From IMG/VR virus record IMGVR_UViG_3300017766_003758, positions 1-49,858 of that record: a stretch of 49,858 nucleotides of DNA. One strand, written 5' to 3'. Every line of letters starts with the position of its first letter. The stretch's first letter is position 1. Source of the DNA: a virus. Taxonomy: Duplodnaviria > Caudoviricetes. This document shows positions 45,520 through 49,858 of the stretch, one piece after another. Below the pieces are notes generated by a model, which made no database searches, was not told where the DNA came from, and was given only the letters and a program-made list of their open reading frames with translations. The translations under genes were made by a program, and so were the position numbers.

Positions 45520-45573
45520 GGCTCTTTGCTCCTATGCGGCTGGCGAGAAATTCACCGGCCTTGCCTAGATATA

Positions 45574-45590
45574 TGCAGGGACCATGCCAA
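45574..45590 (-). promoter_or_regulatory. Sigma54 (-24/-12)-type promoter
   Basis: TTGGCATGGTCCCTGCA, with correct GG-N10-GC spacing, pointing into the early genes. Confidence 0.6.
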
Positions 45591-45640
45591 CCGCGGAAGG
45601 CTGCCTAGCGAGGGTGGCGAAGGCGCGGTGTAATAAAAAC

Positions 45641-45697
45641 TGACAATTTTGGTCATTTAGTGACTAATTCGGGGTCGGGGATTGACACTAATTGTCA
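45641..45697. promoter_or_regulatory. Pair of TGACA-N5-(T/G)GTCA palindromes (enhancer-like)
   Basis: TGACAATTTTGGTCA at 45641 and TGACACTAATTGTCA at 45683, 42 bp apart. Confidence 0.5.
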
Positions 45698-45797
45698 GTT
45701 ATTAGGTTAAAGCGGGAAAATGGCAGCGTGCCGCTGTTTGTTTATCCATATTTCTATGGCAGCGCGCCAATTTATTCGCAGTAACTGCCTATGCATC

Positions 45798-46062
45798 ATT
45801 AACAGCAGCGATTGCTGTTAATTCTAGTTAATTCGCAAGTCATTGATAAGATGGGCATTAACAGCATTATCAGCATTCACAGTCTTTTCAGGTCCGGACT
45901 GCGGAGCGCGGCGCGGGAAATTCTGGGGAATTACGGTAATTCGGCCGGCTGATTTCCGGAAGCCGAACCCTGATTCTACTGTTAATACTGTTAATACTGT
46001 TAATTAGTAGTAGAAACAACTACTTAGCTATTAACTAGAATTAACTAGAATTAACAGCAATC
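45798..46062. repeat. AT-rich iteron-like array with a 25-bp inverted repeat (candidate replication origin)
   Basis: Many ATTAAC(A/T) copies on both strands; 45810-45834 is the exact reverse complement of 46038-46062. Confidence 0.7.
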
Positions 46063-46339
46063 TCAAAGTGTAAGGTTTTCCGACATCCCCGCTGGTGGCC
46101 TCGCTCAAGGCTGCCCGCTATTAGCCATAAGCCCGGCCGTTGCGTAGTCAACAGCTGTCAGCTGGACGCTGGCGGCGCGCGGCTGGGCGCGGTCGGCGGG
46201 GGTGGGGGTACGGGGCCCGGAAAAGGGACCCGCGATTCGCACGTTTAGGGGTACCTCCAGGAAAATGCGCACAGCTTTTAGCTCCTATGGCACGCTGCCA
46301 TATATTTAATTTCAGCCCCACCCGGGATAAGCTATCGGC

Positions 46340-46750
46340 ATGGCACTGTCACCCTCAGAGCGAGTCGAGCTAGGCCTGGACGAACCGGAGCGGGTAGCCG
46401 CGGGCGCGTCAGAATTCGCCTACGCGGCTGGCCAGCTCCTGCCGGCCAACCACGCCCCGCCGAATCGCGAGCGCAACCTGCGGCTCGTGCTGAAGGAAGG
46501 CGAGAAGACCACGGCCCCGAAAATCCGCCTGCTGGTGAACGAGCTGCTGGCGGGGAACCTCGAGAACGCCGACTGGGCGCTCAAGCAGCTGTTCGCTGCC
46601 AACCCGAAGGCCGGTCTTGAGCTCTACATCGAGCTCAGCAAGTTCTCCCTGCCGCAGCTGAAGGCGGTGGCCGTTGAGGTGAACGACCGCAGCGAGAACC
46701 CGCGGGCCATGACCTACGGTGATCTGCAACGACTTCTGACACAGGACTGA
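46340..46750 (+). CDS. terS: Putative terminase small subunit
   Basis: First late-arm gene; helical, with NPK..L...PQLKAVAVEV oligomerisation-like motif; no other terS candidate. Confidence 0.5.
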   Translation: MALSPSERVELGLDEPERVAAGASEFAYAAGQLLPANHAPPNRERNLRLVLKEGEKTTAPKIRLLVNELLAGNLENADWALKQLFAANPKAGLELYIELSKFSLPQLKAVAVEVNDRSENPRAMTYGDLQRLLTQD

Positions 46751-46755
46751 CGACC

Positions 46756-47673
46756 ATGACAACCGAACTTGAATACGGCGGGCTGGTGGGCTTCATTGAC
46801 AACAGTGGAACCATCCACATCGGCGGCCTGGTAGGGCGCCTGACCGGCGACCTGACCAACGGCACGTTCGTGCTGGGCGGCCTGCTCGGGCGCATCGTTG
46901 ACGGCGCCGTGGCCTTCGGTGGGCTGACTGGCACCATAGATGCGAGCGGTGTGATCCGCTTCGGCGGGATAACGGGCGGCGGTACGCCCTCGGGGCCGAC
47001 AGACCCCGACTTTGCCTACGTCAAGAGCTTGCTGCATTTCGACGGGGCCAACGGCGCGCAGGCGACCACGGACATCATCCCTGCGAACACGGTGGTGGTT
47101 GGTGGCGGCGCGTCCGGCACGATCCTGTCCACGGCCACCCCGAAGTGGGGCACGGCTGCGCTGCTGATGCGCAGCCCGAACGTCGGGGTGACGTGTCAGG
47201 TTACGGGGCCCGCGCTGAATTTCAACGCGGATTTCTGCGTCGAAATGTGGTTCTACCGCAGCGCGGCATTCACCACCCAGACGGTGCTGTTCAACGCGAA
47301 CGCCGCGCCGGGCGGCCAAATCACGGTATTCAGCCAGGGGGACGGAAAGTTCCGGGTCTTTTTGAGCAACCAGGACGGCAGCTTGTACACCATCGCGGAT
47401 TCTGCTGGAGCGCCGTCCCTGAACGTCTACCATCACTTGGCGCTGGTCTTGAACGGCACGACGCTGAAGCTGTACCTAGACGGCACCGCGATCATCACGA
47501 GCACCATTGCGTACACCCCGCTCACGGCCACGAACGGGCGGTTCAATCTCGGCGGGGCCACGAACGACGTGCAGATATTCCTCGGGAACATAGACGACTT
47601 CCGCCTCACCATCGGGGTGCCACGCTACACGGCGAATTTCACGCCGCCTGCCGCGGCTTTCCCGAACAGCTGA
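46756..47673 (+). CDS. Virion fibre protein with LamG/concanavalin-like domain
   Basis: N-terminal GGLxG repeats; SLLHFDGANG, DFCVEMW, HHLALV, LYLDG, GNIDDFRLT.GV.RYTANFTPP. Confidence 0.82.
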   Translation: MTTELEYGGLVGFIDNSGTIHIGGLVGRLTGDLTNGTFVLGGLLGRIVDGAVAFGGLTGTIDASGVIRFGGITGGGTPSGPTDPDFAYVKSLLHFDGANGAQATTDIIPANTVVVGGGASGTILSTATPKWGTAALLMRSPNVGVTCQVTGPALNFNADFCVEMWFYRSAAFTTQTVLFNANAAPGGQITVFSQGDGKFRVFLSNQDGSLYTIADSAGAPSLNVYHHLALVLNGTTLKLYLDGTAIITSTIAYTPLTATNGRFNLGGATNDVQIFLGNIDDFRLTIGVPRYTANFTPPAAAFPNS

Positions 47674-47766
47674 CCGTGGCGCAGCGAGAACCCGGGGCCA
47701 GGAGTGACAACGGCAAAAAGCTGGGCTACCATATGGGTAGCGTTTGTCACACATTGAGGGGCACTG

Positions 47767-48009
47767 ATGCGCTGGATAGCTGATCTGTTCAAAAGGACCG
47801 AGGATGAGGCCCCTGCGCCACTCGCGCCGCCAGATACGCCGATGCGCCCGCCAGGAGGGACCGGAGTTGTGTATGACAGCACTGGCAAGCCGAAAATTTC
47901 TGAGGACTTCTTGAGGCACCTGCCGCGGCGGGAACTGAAGAAGGTGGAAGCCAATCTCGCCGACCATGGGTGGTTGCTGCGGGGTGGTAAACTTCGTAAG
48001 GTAAGGTAG
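47767..48009 (+). CDS. Hypothetical protein (80 aa)
   Basis: GAGGGG RBS. Confidence 0.55.
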   Translation: MRWIADLFKRTEDEAPAPLAPPDTPMRPPGGTGVVYDSTGKPKISEDFLRHLPRRELKKVEANLADHGWLLRGGKLRKVR

Positions 48010-48013
48010 TCAC

Positions 48014-48382
48014 ATGCCCACTCTCAGCACGAAAGCCCGCAACGCAGGCGCCGACGGCATCGCGGCCCTGATGAACGAGGGCGCTGGCGCAGGCCAGCTT
48101 GTATTCCGCACCGCGGGCGACGTTGAAGTCGCAACGCTGGTATTCAGCGACCCGGCTTTCGGGGCAGCTGCAGCCGGGGTCGTCACGGCGGGGGCTATCA
48201 CGCCGGACGCAAGCGCTACGGGCGGCACGACCACGAAGGCGACGCTGGAGGATTCCGACGCGGAGGTGATGATAACCGCGACTGTCAGCACCAGCGGCGC
48301 AGACATCAACCTGTCGAGCACGGCGATCAGCCCGGGCGATACGGTCAGCATGACCTCACTCACCATGACGATGCCCGCATGA
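48014..48382 (+). CDS. Small virion structural/fibre-associated protein
   Basis: ARNA...ATL.FSDPAFGAAAAG...DASA.GGT...GADINLSST. Confidence 0.7.
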   Translation: MPTLSTKARNAGADGIAALMNEGAGAGQLVFRTAGDVEVATLVFSDPAFGAAAAGVVTAGAITPDASATGGTTTKATLEDSDAEVMITATVSTSGADINLSSTAISPGDTVSMTSLTMTMPA

Positions 48383-49542
48383 AGGCGTGGCAGCGCACGA
48401 TACGCGCAGGGGTACCTGGGCGGGCGCCGACACAGGCGATCCCGATGGCGCGTATCGAGCGCTGGCTCGGCGCGGAGAAGATGGAACACCTGCAGCGCAC
48501 GATGCGCGGCTGGTATGGGTCCCCCATCAACATCTGTGACATGCCGGGCTCGGTGTGGATCACAGCGCAGGGGGATTTCGTCGGGAAGTTCAACCACGGG
48601 CTGTTTGGCTCGGCCAATGACGCATTCCGCGATTACCTGAAGCGCAACTGGCGCGAGCTGGGCCGCCCGCAGTATGGAATGGCCCACGCTGGATTCAGCT
48701 CTATCAGCGATGCGCTGAGTCGCGCCAGCCAGGGCTACAGCCAGCGCCGCCCGTTTGCAAAGGCGGGCCCGACCGGGGTTGTAGCCGTGACCAGTTCTCT
48801 CTGGCGCGTTGGCACGCAGCCCGTTGCCGGCGCCGCTGGAGCGGCCGCCCCCGGCGGGACGGCGCATGTCAGTTCCAACACGGGCGCACTGGCGTTCGCA
48901 AACCCGGCAGCGGGGACGAATCGCCTCGTCGGGGCGGATGTAAGCGCGTCGGTCATCAACAACTCGCTGCTGCTGTACGACCGCCTGTTCTCTGTTGCCA
49001 AGACTATCAACAGCACAGCGACGGAAGCGGTCACTGGCGTGCCAACGCGGTATCAGTCCACGACTGCGACCGCTGAGGACTACATCGGCGACAACTTCGG
49101 GTTCATCGAAGTCGGTGGGACCGCGCTTGCGGCCACTGCGCATAACTGGACGGTGTGCCTGTACGAAGATCAGGCGTCCGCAGCTTCGACGCTGCCATCG
49201 GTTACCGGCAACAGCGGCGCGATTGTGGATCGCTTGGATCAACCCGCGTCTACGTGGTTCGTACCTCTGGAATCGGGCGACGTGGGCATCGAGAAATGGA
49301 CCCAGATGCAGTGCTCGGCGTTGGTGGCCACTGGGGCCATCAACTTCTGCATCGGACACCCTATCGGCTTCATGGCATTCCCGGTTATCAACAGCATGTT
49401 GCCTTTCGATTGGCTCACCAACAGGGACCAAGCCCCGCGCATTTTTGACAACGCGTGCCTCGCGTTCCTGGAGCCGACGAAACCGGCTACCTCGGCCACC
49501 ACCTACACTGGGCGTATAGTCACGACCAGTACCTCCGCGTAA
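48379..49542 (+). CDS. Putative virion structural protein (387 aa)
   Basis: Thr/Ala/Gly-rich beta protein, LLLYDRL and PLESGD.GI motifs; within the fibre cluster. Confidence 0.6.
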   Translation: MKAWQRTIRAGVPGRAPTQAIPMARIERWLGAEKMEHLQRTMRGWYGSPINICDMPGSVWITAQGDFVGKFNHGLFGSANDAFRDYLKRNWRELGRPQYGMAHAGFSSISDALSRASQGYSQRRPFAKAGPTGVVAVTSSLWRVGTQPVAGAAGAAAPGGTAHVSSNTGALAFANPAAGTNRLVGADVSASVINNSLLLYDRLFSVAKTINSTATEAVTGVPTRYQSTTATAEDYIGDNFGFIEVGGTALAATAHNWTVCLYEDQASAASTLPSVTGNSGAIVDRLDQPASTWFVPLESGDVGIEKWTQMQCSALVATGAINFCIGHPIGFMAFPVINSMLPFDWLTNRDQAPRIFDNACLAFLEPTKPATSATTYTGRIVTTSTSA

Positions 49543-49551
49543 GGGGGCGCC

Positions 49552-49858
49552 ATGAGCGCGCCCTTCAACCGAGGGCAGTGGCGCAGCAGCCAGCTGCGGC
49601 ACCCGATCTCCGGCTTCTGGGGTCCGACGCTCACTGCGCGCGACCCGGAGATCCCCAATCTACCGTTGGAGACCCCCGCGGCAAGCGGGGTGACGGGATC
49701 CGGCGCGCTCACGTTCGGGGGGCTGCAGATCAGTGGCGCAGGTGTGCGCGGGCTTTCCGGGGCAGGTGCGCTCACGTTCGGGGGGCTGCAGATCAGTGGC
49801 GCAGGTGTGCGCGGGCTTTCCGGGGCAGGTGCGCTCACGTTCGGGGGGCTGCAGATCA
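49552..49858 (+). CDS. 5' part of the 21-aa-repeat protein (continues at position 1)
   Basis: AAGGGGG RBS; MSAPFNRGQW...; open to the window end. Confidence 0.75.
   Translation, partial: MSAPFNRGQWRSSQLRHPISGFWGPTLTARDPEIPNLPLETPAASGVTGSGALTFGGLQISGAGVRGLSGAGALTFGGLQISGAGVRGLSGAGALTFGGLQI
49705..49858 (+). repeat. 63-bp tandem repeat (about 2.4 exact copies, more at 1-300)
   Basis: GCGCTCACGTTCGGGGGGCTGCAGATCA at 49705, 49768 and 49831. Confidence 0.92.

Larger units (their letters stand above)
1..49858. mobile_element. Near-complete/complete podovirus-like tailed phage genome, circularly permuted
   Basis: Full set of terminase, portal, capsid, short-tail, ejection, lysis and replication genes; no host genes; bases 1-67 match 49792-49858 (2 mismatches); no tape measure or sheath gene seen. 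Confidence 0.93.

Noticed and set aside
45682-45710. TTGACA as a rightward sigma70 -35 box
   Set aside because: No acceptable -10 at 16-18 bp; better explained as part of the TGACA-N5-TGTCA palindrome
49705-49858. Regularly spaced repeats resembling a CRISPR array
   Set aside because: Units are identical end to end with no unique spacers, and they encode an in-frame 21-aa repeat
1-49858. Integrase, att site, tRNA or rRNA genes
   Set aside because: No recombinase motifs or cloverleaf-like sequences recognised by eye; a tRNAscan or HMM search could still find something

Overview
The window is an apparently complete, circularly permuted genome of a GC-rich, podovirus-like tailed dsDNA phage. 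The embedded Rz/Rz1 spanin pair implies a Gram-negative host. The two ends overlap inside a 63-bp coding tandem repeat. The + strand arm (46340 across the junction to 28119) carries a terS-like gene, fibre-like virion genes, an HslV-like peptidase/metallophosphoesterase module, spanins, terL, portal and scaffold. It continues with a holin and GH108 endolysin, a seven-gene glycosylation cassette (4 glycosyltransferases, a SAM methyltransferase, a micro Zn-finger and a Maf/MptE-like-HTH fusion), the major capsid, adaptor, nozzle, four ejection proteins (the last ending in an ADP-ribosyltransferase-like domain) and tail fibres. The - strand arm (45519 to 28116) carries about 25 small early genes, a C5 methyltransferase, an HTH regulator, DUF2800 nuclease, DUF2815 SSB, family A DNA polymerase, VRR-NUC, a dATP/dGTP diphosphohydrolase-like protein, a SNF2 helicase and a primase-polymerase/helicase. 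The arms diverge from an AT-rich control region with a sigma54-type promoter, enhancer-like palindromes, iteron-like repeats and a 13-bp operator-like palindrome that recurs before several operons. I recognised no integrase, tRNA, CRISPR array or reverse transcriptase. All calls come from reading motifs and synteny by eye, with no database searches.
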